Shown here: in pieces, positions 25,637-37,942 of the stretch
How the letters are laid out: every line of letters begins with the position of its first letter
How positions within the stretch are numbered: position 1 is the first letter of the stretch
Assembly: GCA_017654855.1 (NCBI GenBank)
Contig: CM030333.1
Span: 4,154,001-4,218,000 of the forward strand
DNA from: Podospora anserina
Taxonomy: Eukaryota
Direction of reading: 5' to 3'
Length of the DNA stretch: 64,000 nt
Translations under genes and position numbers: made by a program
Notes under the pieces: generated by a model
Databases searched by the model: none
The model's input: only the letters and a program-made list of their open reading frames with translations
Told to the model about the DNA's origin: nothing

Positions 25637-26059
25637 ATGACAACAATGAACAACTATCGCCCCCCCACGGCAGAGGAAAAACTCACCATGTCTCCCATCG
25701 ACAGGCTGAGCAAGTGGCTGGAGCTCAAGGTTTACCAGCTCGAGGTGACGATGAGCGTGTACATGTTTACGCCGATGGAGAAGTTTATTTTTTGTACGTC
25801 CGGACACACGCACCTCTCCCTCCCGTTGGGTGGTTTGCTAATTGAAGGAAAATGAATGTTAGACTCGATCCTGTTCCTCCTGACCAGCCTGACGCTCATC
25901 GCGACGGTCTTGTATCTCCCCCATCACATCGCCTTCATAGTGGGGAGGGCGTGGTTTTATATGCATGGGGAGGTGCCGGTGGATGCGGTAGAGAAGGTGA
26001 CGAGTTCGACGTTGGGGAAGGTTGCGGAGGTGACGGCTGGGGTTGTGAAGGAGCTCTAA
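25637..26059 (+). CDS. Small subunit of serine palmitoyltransferase-like membrane protein (SPT_ssu-like); intron 25794-25862
   Basis: KWLELKVYQLEVTMSVYMFTPMEKFIF|YSILFLLTSLTLIATVLYLPHH matches the ssSPT pattern (YQ-E...Y...P-EK, TM helix, YLP). Confidence 0.82.
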
Positions 26060-26522
26060 GCTCGTGAAGGACAGGGGCCGGGAATGGTTCAGGGACCTGC
26101 TCGAGACACAGGTTTTCGGTGGCGGTTTTTGGTATGGTGGGCCAAAAGCAGCGATCGGAGGGTCTGGTTGCTGTAGGCCTGGAGGGCTGGGTGATGATAA
26201 GTTGGGGATGGACGACTAATGCGGTTGGGATGTGACAGTAATGATTGGGAATACGGAACGGTCAATTATCGGTGGTGCTGTTGGGTGGTGTACGCAATTC
26301 ACACGACATACATAAGGGGAGAATGGTTGGATTAATTGGGCGTTTTAGGGGCAGGCATAGCAGGCGGTCATATAGTAATTTGGAAGGGGATGAACAGGTG
26401 CATACAGATAGATGCCTTGGACGGCGGTACACATAAACATATCATACCAAACAATAAACTTAACACCACGGATATCAACGTGTTCTATAGTAACACTTTA
26501 ATCATGACTTTTTCATTCACAT

Positions 26523-29065
26523 CTACCATCTAGTCTGAACCTCCACCTCATATATCCTCAACGAACCATCCTCACCCGCAATCGCCAGCTCCCTCTTCTT
26601 CTCATCTTGCTCAGCCGTCTTCGGCCTCCAAGCAAGCTGCACCACCGTCCCCGGCAACCAGAGCCCCTTATCCAACACGGCCTTCCTCACCACCTCCACC
26701 TTTCCCTCTTCAGCAACACCCAAAGTAACAACCATGACCCTCCCCGCCTCGGTCCCCACAGCCAAAACCATCTTGCCCTCTGTTGTCACCTCGGGCAGGA
26801 AATCCACCGCAGTAACCGGCTCCCCCTCCTTCATCTCCCCCCCCAGCCCAAACTCTTTGTTTTCCCCAACCCAAAACCGAACAAGCTTATCCCTCCCCGC
26901 CGTCGCAAAAACCCTTTTTTTCTCCTCAGCAGGCCCCCAGGCACAGTCAAGAATCATCCTCGAATGCCCCTTTTGCATCTGCTGCACAAGCTCATACCCC
27001 GTGCCGCTCCTCCCCCAAACAACCCACTGCCTATCCCTCCCCACGCTCAAAAGCAGCTCATCATCCCCCGAGAACCTCACCCTCGCCACGGTCAGGGAAT
27101 GAGCCTGCAGCGGCGGGCGTAGCTCAGTCCACTTGTCTGTTTCGAACAGCCTAATCACGGCGTGGTTGAGAGACGAGGCTTTGCAGGCTGAGGCGATGAT
27201 TTTCCCGTCGTGGGAGGAGCACAGACAGGAAATCTCATACCCGTGACCGTAAAGCTTTTCCACTTCTGGCCAGAGGGTGTGCCGCGAGAGGTTTTCTTCG
27301 AAGGGGGGGTGGGTGGTTGTTGCTTCGAGGGCGGCCGGGATGGTGAAGTTGCTTTGGGAGAGGCCGCCTTCTTCTTCTTCTTGGGATTCAGGTTGCCGTT
27401 CGGAGGAGGTGTTGTCAATGGCCTTGTTGGACAGACCCAACACTGGCATGTCTGCCGCGTCAGGGGCGAAGGACATGTCGATTTTGGAGTTTGTCAGGTA
27501 AGAAAGCATCTTAGCCACCGCCTTTGGCGCGGTGAACACCCTCATCAGCTTTTCGTCTGCCCCCGAGACGAAGGAGGATGTCGGACCCAAGGTGGCGGTG
27601 CAGTTGAGGTCGTAGCCGTGGATTTGCGGGCGGGACATCTCGTGCCAGGAGCCAGAGGAGGAAGAGTCGGTGCCGTTGCCTGTCCACTGGGCGTGGAGGC
27701 GGGTGGTTTGGTCGGACGAGGTGGACAAGAGGTAGGTGCCATCTTGGGACCAGGAGAGGCCCGTCACGGCGCGGGTGTGGCCCGAGATGGCGTAGGTTTG
27801 CTGCCAGGCGTCGTCGGAGGGGTTGTAATCCCATCGGCGCCAGCTGCCGGTGCGGCCGAGGGTGATGACGGTTGTTCCTGCGGGGGACCATAGGCCTGTC
27901 CAGAAGCCGCCGATGCTGCCTGTTGCTGTTGTGGCGCCCTTTTCGCGGCTGACTTCTCCCAGGCGGGCGCCCGTGATCCAGATGCCGGATTCGGGGTCGG
28001 ATTCCCAGATGGAGAGGGAGTTGTCGGCCGAGGCGGAGAGGAGGAGGAGTTTACCGTCTGCGGTTCGGGACCAGCGGGCCGTGTAGATCCAGTCTTCGTG
28101 TCCGAGCAGCAGGGCTTCGAACATGACGCAGTATTTTGTGCCGCCGGCCGAGATCTTGTGGATTTTGTTTCCTGGTGTCAGGGAGACTGACAGGTCCAGT
28201 CCGGTGGCATTGTTGAGGGCTGAGAGAGCCGTCCCTTGGTGAAGCCTCCAGAGACGAACATACTTGTCTTGACTGGCCGAGGCAAGCAGTAGATCACTCC
28301 CCGCCTCTGTCTTTTCCTTGATGAAATCCAGAGACCGCACCCAGTTTTCATGCCCTGGCAGGGTAGCCTGCAGTGTGAACTCCAAATCTGAAGCACCAGC
28401 TGTGAATATCTGAACCGCATTTGTCGTCCCCACCACAGCCAGCACAATTCCGTTTGCTTCATCATCCAGCGGGCTCAGCGCCAGAGCCAAGGGTATGAAT
28501 TTCTTGGTCGTCTTGACAGACTGGAGAAGCTTGAACGGCTCCTCGTTCGCAGCCGAATTGTGAGCCCATATTCTGAAAGTCGCATCTGCCGCCCCGGTAG
28601 CGAATATCCTCTTCGTCGGAGCCCCAGCAGGCGTCACTCCCAAAGCCGCAATGCAATTGATAGGCTCCGCATGCCCCTCCACAGCCTGCAAATACGAAGC
28701 TGTAGCATCTCGAGGGCTCACGCTCCAGGCACGAACAACCTTGTCGTCTCCTCCGCTGATCAAGATAGTCTTGTCGTCACCCTCGAGCCTGGGGAGAAAC
28801 TTGACGGCTTTGACATGGCCGGTGTGCTGGCTGAGTATGCTTGAGATACCTCTTGGGTTCTGTATACACCATCAGTTTCTTGCTCACACAACCCCTATGT
28901 TAGGGTAGGAAAGAGAAAACATACTTGAGGATTCCACAAACAAACATTCGCATTCGACCCGAAAGCCACCACCCCCTCGGCGCTCCAGTCAGAGGCGGCA
29001 GAGTACCTGTTTGCTCCCGCGGCCAGATAGCTGCTGTCTGCTCTTATCGTCTCTGTGTCGGCCAT
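26523..29065 (-). CDS. ELP2: Elongator complex subunit 2 (WD40); exons 29065-28925 and 28859-26523
   Basis: YLAAGANRYSAASDW at the N-terminus; LASASQDKYVRLW; FEALLLGHEDWIY; WHEMSRPQIHGYDL; SGADEKLMRVF; LWPEVEKLYGHGYE; HSRMILD. Confidence 0.95.
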
Positions 29066-29379
29066 TTTTTTATATAAATTTTTCGTCTCTGTCGTATAGT
29101 GAGAGGCGTGGTTTCACATGAACTGTTTCGAGAAAAGGGAAGGCAGATGTGAGAAATGGAGGACTGTGATTGGTCGAAATGTCAGGGTTGGGAAGGTTTT
29201 TTGGAGGACAGTGAGCAATAAAGTGTGGGGTAGCTTTCTTTTTGAGTGTGAAACCTTGAGAGGGAATGATTCAATTTGATATGATTCAACTTCTGAAGGG
29301 TTGATATTACAACTGGTTTTCACGGTTTTTGTTCTTCATTTTATTTCAACAACTGAGGCTACATAGCAAGATCATCAAA

Positions 29380-29870
29380 ATGGCACCAGAACCAGAGACC
29401 ATGCCCATCTCGGTGGATTTCCTGTAAGCCCCTCTCAGTCTTATTCGGTTACTGGTTTGATATCACCACCACATACCATCTCTCATCATAGAGTTGTTAA
29501 TCATTTCTCATGATACTGACATTCACACAGAGGCGGCCTAGACACCCTCTTCTCCAACAAAACATCCCACACCATCTCCCTCCCCCTCCTCAACCCCTCC
29601 GACTCCTCCCCCGCCAACGTCGGCTTCCTAATCTCATACCTCGTCAAGCACCACCTCAAGCACCCAAGGACAGAATTTTTCGTGCAAGACGATGGTCACT
29701 TGTAAGTGTTCCTGTTTTCCTTTGAACAGGCCGAGCACAACTAACAAACCAGAACACCCGGCATACTGGTCCTCATCAACGAGGCAGACTGGGAACTCGA
29801 AGGGGAGGAAGAATGCGAGCTCAAGGCAGGGGATAAAGTTGTTTTTGTCTCGACCATGCACGGTGGTTAG
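29380..29870 (+). CDS. URM1: Ubiquitin-related modifier 1 (sulfur carrier), 110 aa; exons 29380-29423, 29531-29701, 29753-29870; absent from the ORF track
   Basis: The spliced product reads [15 protein letters not shown]...[48 protein letters not shown], with the Urm1 signature and C-terminal GG; exon lengths sum to 333 nt. Confidence 0.95.
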
Positions 29871-29936
29871 ACCTCAGTTATTTTTAACCAAACACAAGAA
29901 TGATACCCATCCATCAACAAGCACATCCCTTTTCCC

Positions 29937-32435
29937 CTACGCCAGCGAGGAAAACGAATTCCCTCCCCCTCCCTCCGTCCCCCGTCTAGTCCCCATCAAA
30001 TTCTTCATGGTGTTATACATCAACCCCGGCAACCCCCCCTGCCCCACCTCCTCCCCCTCCAACCACCCCAACACTCCCGCCCTGTACTCCTGCCAGCTGA
30101 GTCTCACCCCCCCCCTCCCAGCCAGCCTCACCAAACTCTGCTGCGTCACCGGCCCAGCATGCCTTACCAACAGCCCCCCCTTTTTCATTTCCTTTTCTTC
30201 CAGCCCCCTCACAAACTTGATACTCTGCAGACAAAGCACCGGGTTGTAGCTCAGACCAAAAACAGTCTCGAGCTTTAAATCATCGTCTAAATCTCTGAGA
30301 TACGAGTCCAAAACAGGGACAAGCGATTTCGGTATGCGGCAACCCCTGGCGTTGGCGTCGGGGGAGCCAGAGTCGGATGTTGGTGCGAGGGCGAATGCAC
30401 GTCCCCTCCAGAGGTTGTTGCAGATGTCCATCAGGAAGCCGTTGAAGATGTTGATCTGGGACCATTCTTCCTGTGATGGTTTTCGTTGCTGTTGCTGCGG
30501 GGAGGTCTTCTTGGTTATGACGGTCTCCCAGGCTATTTTATAGACTGTTAGGATGGAGCAGAGGCGGGATAGGACGGTTAGGGAGGGGGAGAAGGCTAGG
30601 TTGTAGACTAGCAAGGGTGGGGGGATGGCGATTGGGATGTGGAGGAGGAGGATGGGGGAGGAGTAGATTCTGCCTGTGGCGGTGTAGAAGTCTAGGATGG
30701 CGAGGGAGGTGGAGATGGAAGGGGAGGATTGGGATAGAGTTAGGCAGAGGGGGTTGACGTGGGTGACGAGGGAGGGGATGGAGGTGACTGGTTGTGATGG
30801 GAGGGAGGAGGTGGGTCGGGAGAGGAGGCGGGTCGTCCAGTTGTTTAGGAGGAGGGTGTAAAAGGTTAGGAGGGCGAGCTGGGATTGGGGGGTGTTGTTG
30901 AGGAGCTTAGATTGGAGGAGGGTGAAGAGGGGGGATAAGTCTGAATGGGTTAGTGACAAGTTGGGTGATTAGGGATGAAGGTGAGGGCATACCGGTAAAG
31001 TCAAGCAAGGGGAGGTAGCTCAACGTCTCGAGGACTATGTCTCGTTTGTCTAACCCGTTCCATGTCTGCAGGAAGCTTTGGAAGAATTCCATCAAAACGG
31101 GAGATAATTCCTGCAGCATGTTAGCATGGAGGAGTTGTGTGGAACAATAGACACAACAAACCTTGGTACTCAAGACATAATCACGAATCACCTCTACCAT
31201 ATCGAGTAGGAATGACGGGTCTGTATCACCGCTCGCCACATCACCCACACACGCCATCAGCCAGTTGCTTATGCGCTGCGAAGCCTCCTGACTGGGCCGC
31301 AGCAACAAAAACTTCTGCAGCAAGGGGTCTGCAAGGACGGCAACCAGCTGCGAGGGCATTTCGATCTTTTCGAGACTGTTGACAAACCCCTCGGCACTGT
31401 CAAACTCCTCGAGTGTCACCGAGGTTTCGTGGGCATGTAGCGTATGAACGTTGGGAACAAGAGCTCTCGCCCCCTTCAACCGGCGTCCCAAAGCATGACT
31501 GACAGCAAAGCCGTTTCTGGTCCCGTCGTCTTCATGCCGGTCGAAATGCTGTTGCTGAATCTCGTTGAGCCGCTCCCTCCACTGGACATCTGGGTGTTTA
31601 AAAGCAGCCGCACGTCCCTTGGTGATGTCGCCCACGATAATCTCTGGGTAGTAGTTCTTGAAGACCCTGAGCAGACCAGTCAAGTTGGGGTCACCGCCAG
31701 TCTGTCGCGAAAGAGCCAGTCTAATCCATGATTATGTCAGTCCTGGTCAGTCGCAAAATACGAGGTATACGATCGCTCACTCACATGGTCTGAATCCTAA
31801 ATGGTCGCACATGCTTCCGCCTGGTGATAAGCGCCAGAAGGTGACACAGCTGCGGTCTGTGCGAGGGCAAGTGACCATGGTCAGTAAGACGAGATCCCAA
31901 ACATCATCTGAACCGAGTTTTTCGACGTACCTGATGGCAGCCGAATCGAGAAGGTTGAACAAGACGGCGTATGTCTGTGACAAGATGGTTGGGTTCTGCA
32001 ACAGGTGGTACACCATCACCAGCCATTTCAGGAACAGGCTCTGAAGGGGAAACGATGGCTTGAGGTGGCCGTGGCCCAAGGCACCGACGATTCGTAAAAG
32101 GACTTCATCGCTGACTTTTCCCAAAGGATAGAGGTTGCGGGTGATTGCCGACAGACTGGCCTGGTCAAGGTGATTGTGTTGGGTTAACAAGTCGACCAGA
32201 CGGATGAGGTCATCTGGAAGAGCGCCTCGGTCATAGAGAAGTGATGTGGTCTTTTCGACTGTGGGTTTGATGCTTGTTTGGCGTCGTTTGGCCGGGATTT
32301 TGGATGCTGCCTGCGAGTTAGTGAGCGAACAATGTAATTGCGAATTATGCATGCAATCATGAAAGACACCATACCTGTTTCCAAGTCGTCCAAAAGCTGG
32401 TCAAGCCGGTCGCCTAGTGGAGGGGACAAACTCAT
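29937..32435 (-). CDS. mis6: Inner kinetochore protein Mis6/CENP-I (Ctf3), multi-exon
   Basis: HLDQASLSAITRNLYP, FLKWLVMVY, LFNLLD...IRPQLCHLLALITRRKHVRPFRIQ, GLLRVFKNYYPEIIV, LEKIEMPSQLVAVLADPLLQKFL, FNGFLMDICNNLWRGRAF; donors at 32374, 31930 and further GT-AG introns. Confidence 0.88.
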
Positions 32436-32574
32436 GTTGGGATTTCTGACTTTTTATGCTGATAAATGCTGAATCGATGTTGTTTGGCCGTGAATTCCGT
32501 CCATTGGGCCTTCCAAAACCACTCCACCATACCCCAAAAAGGTAACCTGACCTGTGATACCTATGCTCTGGAAC

Positions 32575-32589
32575 ACGCGTCGAACGCGT
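32575..32589. promoter_or_regulatory. Tandem MCB (MluI cell-cycle box) elements upstream of mis6
   Basis: ACGCGT at 32575-32580 and 32584-32589, about 140 bp upstream of the ATG. Confidence 0.65.
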
Positions 32590-33845
32590 TTCGACAGGAA
32601 CCTTGTCCTTGGCATCTTCAAGACGTGATTGTAACCCTAACCCGCCAAACTTTAATGCCAAGCAGTCCAGGGTTGCATGTCTACATGTGTAACCTTCAAC
32701 TGCCCAATCTGGACATATTTTGCATCTTTCATTATCATATGCCTGGTTCTTGGTTCTGCTGTCGGCAAGGCCGGGTAATGAGGCAAGACTGCCCTGACGG
32801 TGACGGTCGAGATGAGGCCTGTTACACAGACTTTCCACCCGCGCAACAATCAACAATCAAGACAGCCCGTCTGACGTCTGTCTGAACGAGACACATCCCC
32901 AACCTTGCCGGCACCCCCACGTCTGCTCACTCGCCCGATCCTTCTCGACATTCATTCTCGGTGACAAGTATAGCTGTTGTCGGGCCTTCCCCACACGGCC
33001 TGCGCTTCCGCGTCTCTTTCTACCCCTTGCTCCTTGCTCCTTGGGAGGTTACCTTCACGCTTGTGCTACCCATGCTCGGCCGCCTCTCGACGATGCACTT
33101 GCCGTATCTTCAACAAGATGTGTTACCGTCGTCGAGTACGAGTACGGTCGGTCATCACGCTGTAACCAGACTTTTCTGTGTAACACCAGTCAGTCAGCAA
33201 TAGCGGCGTCTACGCTTCCGAGATCAAAAGCTCCGGCAAGGCAACACATTCAGACATGGGGCAAAGCGGCGCGGACCATCCAGGCCCCGATGCCGACAAA
33301 GAGAACCACCGGATGATCGACTGGTGAAGCCAACAACGAGCGACACCGACACCAACACCAACATCACCAACATTGAATACAACAAGTCTATGGATACGCA
33401 GGTCGGTATCAGCGCGTCATGCTTCTTGCTTGACCTCCAATATCTGCACGTCTTTCTGTACAACCCAAGCTTCTTTCAGGCGTACATCACCCACCAATTG
33501 ACCCTTCACCACCACCACCACTACCACCACCACCCACCGCACTTGTCATGCAGCCTACACCAAGCCGAAGTGCAAATATCAAACAGTAACCACAACGGCA
33601 TTAAACAGGCTGCCACTATGGTGTTACCCGGTCGCCTGTTGTGCCAGTCACCAACTACAGTACATCCAGAGGCCAATCTTACACCTGAAGCGGCACTGAA
33701 AGCCACCTAGGCCGTTTTCTGAGACCCCGCTGACAGGAGGGCTGACAGGGAACTCGATGGAATTTTTCCTCAAAAAGAGGCGCTGTTTCTGGTCTTCCCG
33801 CGTCTATCTCATCTCTTGCTTGACGAGCTTCGGGGGGTGTGGTGT

Positions 33846-33868
33846 CACACACACACACACACACACAC
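33846..33868. repeat. (CA)n microsatellite
   Basis: About 11 CA units. Confidence 0.9.
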
Positions 33869-34383
33869 CTTCACTTGTTAGGTTCCTGCAATAAATTCAA
33901 CTTACATACATAACCACACGCACCCATCTACCGTTGCCGACTCGTGGTGCCCCCAACTTTCCTCTGCCGCTCCCATTGGCCCTGTTCTTGGCTCATTCCT
34001 CTCCGCCCGAAAGGGCACCAAAAAATCCTACCAAGTTCGCTGCATTTTACCTCGGAAAGTCCTGGTTGAAGGCCATTTCACCCGGCCCTGGGATCCCCAT
34101 TACGCAACTTATACCGTACCGCTCACCACCAGCTTTCGGGCTGCAACTAATAACACTTTTCATCCCGTATCCGACTTGTCCCTAGGACGGTACGCGTGGA
34201 CTGACACGGCACGAGATCAAGAAAGTTCAAGAAAAAGGCTTGCATGGGTGGGGTTCCCGTTCAGAAATGTGTGAGGTTTTGAAACTGTTCAAAAGGTGAT
34301 GTAAGTGAGGCTCAAGACCACCCTCGCCCTCAACCCCTGACCATTGACTGACCGATGAACCCAGACACATTTATTAATTCATA

Positions 34384-36121
34384 ATGAGTCCTCCCGAACC
34401 CTCAACAACTGACCTTGACCCTACCTCTCCTGTTCCCATGGACCTCAGCAAGCACCGGGTGACTACGGTCATGCAAGATTCGCATTCCTATCTGCCACTA
34501 TCAAAACCACTCAAGGATGGCGACCTCCTGTTACTGCTCACACCTGGAATCATACCGGATCTTGGCAGTTCGAAAATGAATTCAGAGACACCACTTACCA
34601 GTGACCCGTTCGAATCCCTAGGCAAGGCATTGGCGAAGCATCATCCCTGGGTTCGGCATGTGCCCTACCTACCACGCTACGGTATCACCGGCACACATGT
34701 TGTGCACATCAGGCTAGCCACGGCGATCATTTTCGTCCTCTCAGGTCCACCTGTCCATGGTCAGCCCTCGCAAGTGGCACTCGCCGAGATCACACGAAGT
34801 ATCTGCGAGAACCGACCACATGTCATCGTGGCCTGCTGCGACGCCCGAGAGCTGGGGCCCATCGAAAAGTCGTTCCCGGCGATAGTGCAGGTACCCAGCC
34901 TCGACCCGTCCGATCTCGAAGCAGCGGCAGACGTCATATTCGGAGAGACCAAAAAGCGGCCACCATCAACCGGTCCTAACCTGCAGAATCTGGTCCTCGC
35001 CCCAAAGGCCTGGTCGGTCGAGGTATGGAACGGGCCCCGGGACATGGATGCGTCGTATGAGCTCTGGTGCCGGTGCTTCCCAGACAACTTCCACCTGAGC
35101 CGCTTCTTGTTCCAGGCGCTGTTGCGACGGGACGGGTGGGCGATGCATTACGTGGTTCGTGAGCCGGGGACCTCCCAGCTGCTCGGGTTTTGTGCGACGT
35201 ATACAACTTATGCCGGGGCTGAGGAGGAACGCCTGGTCGGGTCCGTGGCTGCCTTGCTTGTGCGCCCGGCGTACCGGAAACGAGGCATCGGGTTGAGCTT
35301 GCACAACCATGCGCTGAGGCAGCTTACAAAGACACGTGGTGTGTGCCGGTTACAGCTTGGGAGCACGTTTCCTCGGCTGTTGTATGGGCTTCCGATGGAC
35401 TCACCGGTGGAGGATTGGTTTGGGCGACGCAACTGGCCTGTCCTTACCCAGTTACCGGGCCCGGGGACTGGGCAGGAGGCGTGCGACTGGCTGCTGAAGT
35501 TTGCGGATTGGCCTATTCCAACCGTGTTGCCACCGGGGCCGGTGTTCCGCCAGTGCGAATTTCACGAGTTCGACATGGTGTTGGCGCTGGTAGGGTCGGA
35601 GTCTAGGAGGAGGGACAATGTGGGCTGGTACGACCAGTATGCCAAGCTGGCGAACTCGATGAACATCCGCGATATTGTTGTCGGACTGGACGAAGCCGGC
35701 ACGATGGTTGCCGCGGCTTTGACATATGTCAAGAACACAGGGAGTCCGGTGGCCGAGGATCTGCCTTGGACCAACATGATTGGGGATGATGTTGGCGGGG
35801 TAACGTGCGTTTGCATTGCAGGTCAGTGTTTTTCTGAGCACCACGTCGTCATGTGCTAACCGTTACGGTGCAAGATGATCTATGCAGAGATTCAGGTCGG
35901 CGGGGCGCTGTGATGGTCAGACTATTAGACAGCTGCATTCAGCTGCTTGCTGAGCAGGGGATGACACAGCTGTTTATGGACGCCGTCAAGGGTGGCGATG
36001 AGGGGTTCCCATCTATGGGTGAGTGTGACAAAGCAAAGAATTTACAACTGTCTACGGCGGCTGACCAATTGTAGGCTTCCACAAATGGGCAAGATACAGA
36101 GATGTGTGGCGGGATATCTAA
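34384..36121 (+). CDS. Tandem GNAT acetyltransferase resembling the C-terminal half of fungal GH3-GNAT (Ngs1-like) proteins; introns 35822-35874 and 36019-36074
   Basis: Acetyl-CoA motif A in LLVRPAYRKRGIGLSL; LQLGSTFPRLLYG; second GNAT half GGVTCVCIA...GFHKWARYRDVWR; N-terminal LLLLTP...FESLGKALA...RHVPY...GITGTH resembles the post-GH3 region of Ngs1-type proteins. Confidence 0.8.
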
Positions 36122-37546
36122 GGCTACTGTCACCGAAAGGCCGGCCCTTCACCAACAATGACCATGTTTACACGGAATTCCAACATGCCGACAACAGCGT
36201 GTGTGCGGCCGCCAGCTTGGTCCGGAACCATCGGCGACTGCGGGCGGGCTGGTGCTTCACCGAGCAGGGTGTGGTCACGATTATGTGGGATGAGTCCGTC
36301 CATTTTACGGCCTGTACAACCCAGCAGCCGCTCGGAGGCTTCACGTCGGATGGGGGTACACGGGTGGCAGCAATCCCATAGTGAGAACAGGAATCATTTT
36401 TTGGGCTTTTTTTTTTCCCCTGTTACTACTACTACATCAGTTGTGCATTGTGGGGGAACCAAACCCAAACCCCAACCCCAACCACCCCCAAAAAAAAAAA
36501 AAAAAGAAAGAAAAAAGAAAAGCTCTTTGCTGGCAGCAGGAAGGATCAGACGCAACCATCCGAAATGTCCCCGCCTTCCCAGTCGAAGGATTCGGAATCT
36601 TTATCCGTGCAGGCCTATCAGGATTATCGTCCGTAACACCGACTTCGAGGAAGAGAGCCCAAAAATGGCAACATTGACCAACAAGGTAGGTAGGTAGCTT
36701 TGCTGTCATCAGCTGGACAGAGAAGAGAGGATCTTCCATCCCCTGTCAGTCAGCTAGGCTCGGGTTACACGAGGGATTATGTCAACACAACACCGAGCTT
36801 ATGCCATTTCCTTGTAAGCGAGGCGGTGGTGGCAGGGACGAGGATGGATCGTGGATCCCTCCCGGCAGGCAGACATTCTGCTTAAAGGTGGGCTTTGAGG
36901 TCACTGGTGGTGGTGGTGGTGGATATAAACACTGGGCAGCATGGTCCGGATCACATAAGGATAGGGCTCGTGTCTCGCACGAGCCTGCGGCGCTATTGGT
37001 GTCTGAGGTTGGGAAAAAGATTCCCGGTGTTGCAAGACAAGTTCAAAGATGGAAAGAATACCCGACAGAACACAACACAATTTGCAGATATCAAGCACAT
37101 GTTTTTGGGGTTCGGAAGATTGTAAAAGGAAAGGTTTTCGGTGTCTCGGTTGATTACCATTATCTGCTTGTGTCTCAAACTATCCTTGCTGGGATGTAAA
37201 ACTGACAGGCTGTGTTCTTACGCTTTGGACATACTCGGAACGAGTTGTTTGTGTAACCTTTTCAAAGGATACATTACAAACCTCGTTCCTCACTTGAATT
37301 CAACGTCTCACAAACCCTTTTCCTCTCACGAATAAACGCGGGGGCGTTTATGACAGCACAAGGGGCGCCAACCTTCGAACAAACGTCACTATCTCCTTGC
37401 TGTAAGTGGGCGATGATCTCTGATCTGCTTTCCCCCTCCAACCCTGACCAGCAGAACACCACACAAAACCTGGCTCTCCCGCATGGTTGATCTTGGGGAT
37501 GACAGATTGACGCGGCGTGGCGGCACAGCTTGGACACACACCCACC

Positions 37547-37573
37547 TACATACATACATACATACATACATAC
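37547..37573. repeat. (TACA)n microsatellite
   Basis: About 6 TACA units. Confidence 0.85.
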
Positions 37574-37853
37574 ACACAGGCAAGACAGACAGGGTTTTGG
37601 TTGTGTAACCAATATGTATCTGCACGGTTTCCTTCGCAAGACCATGTCGATGAGGCTATTCCGGAACGAAATAGGATTAAGGCCGCATACCTAGACCGAC
37701 CTACCTAGTTAGTTTCTTCGAATCAGATGGCACCGATCAGGGGAGGGGGTAATTACCGGGCTGGTGACTGATCAGGATGGATGGGATGGTACCTACCTTG
37801 TGGGAAAGGGTTGTTGTTGGGAGAAAAGAACTTTGCGTGTAACGACACTGATA

Positions 37854-37942
37854 ACCTACCTACCTACCTACCTACCTACCTACCTACCTACCTACCTACC
37901 TACCTACCTACCTACCTACCTACTTACCTGCCTGCCTGCCTG
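37854..37942. repeat. (TACC)n tetranucleotide array grading into (TGCC)n
   Basis: About 17 perfect TACC units followed by a few TGCC units. Confidence 0.95.

Noticed and set aside
34605-34620. GTTCGAATCC tRNA T-loop/B-box-like motif
   Set aside because: Lies inside the GNAT CDS with no cloverleaf or A-box
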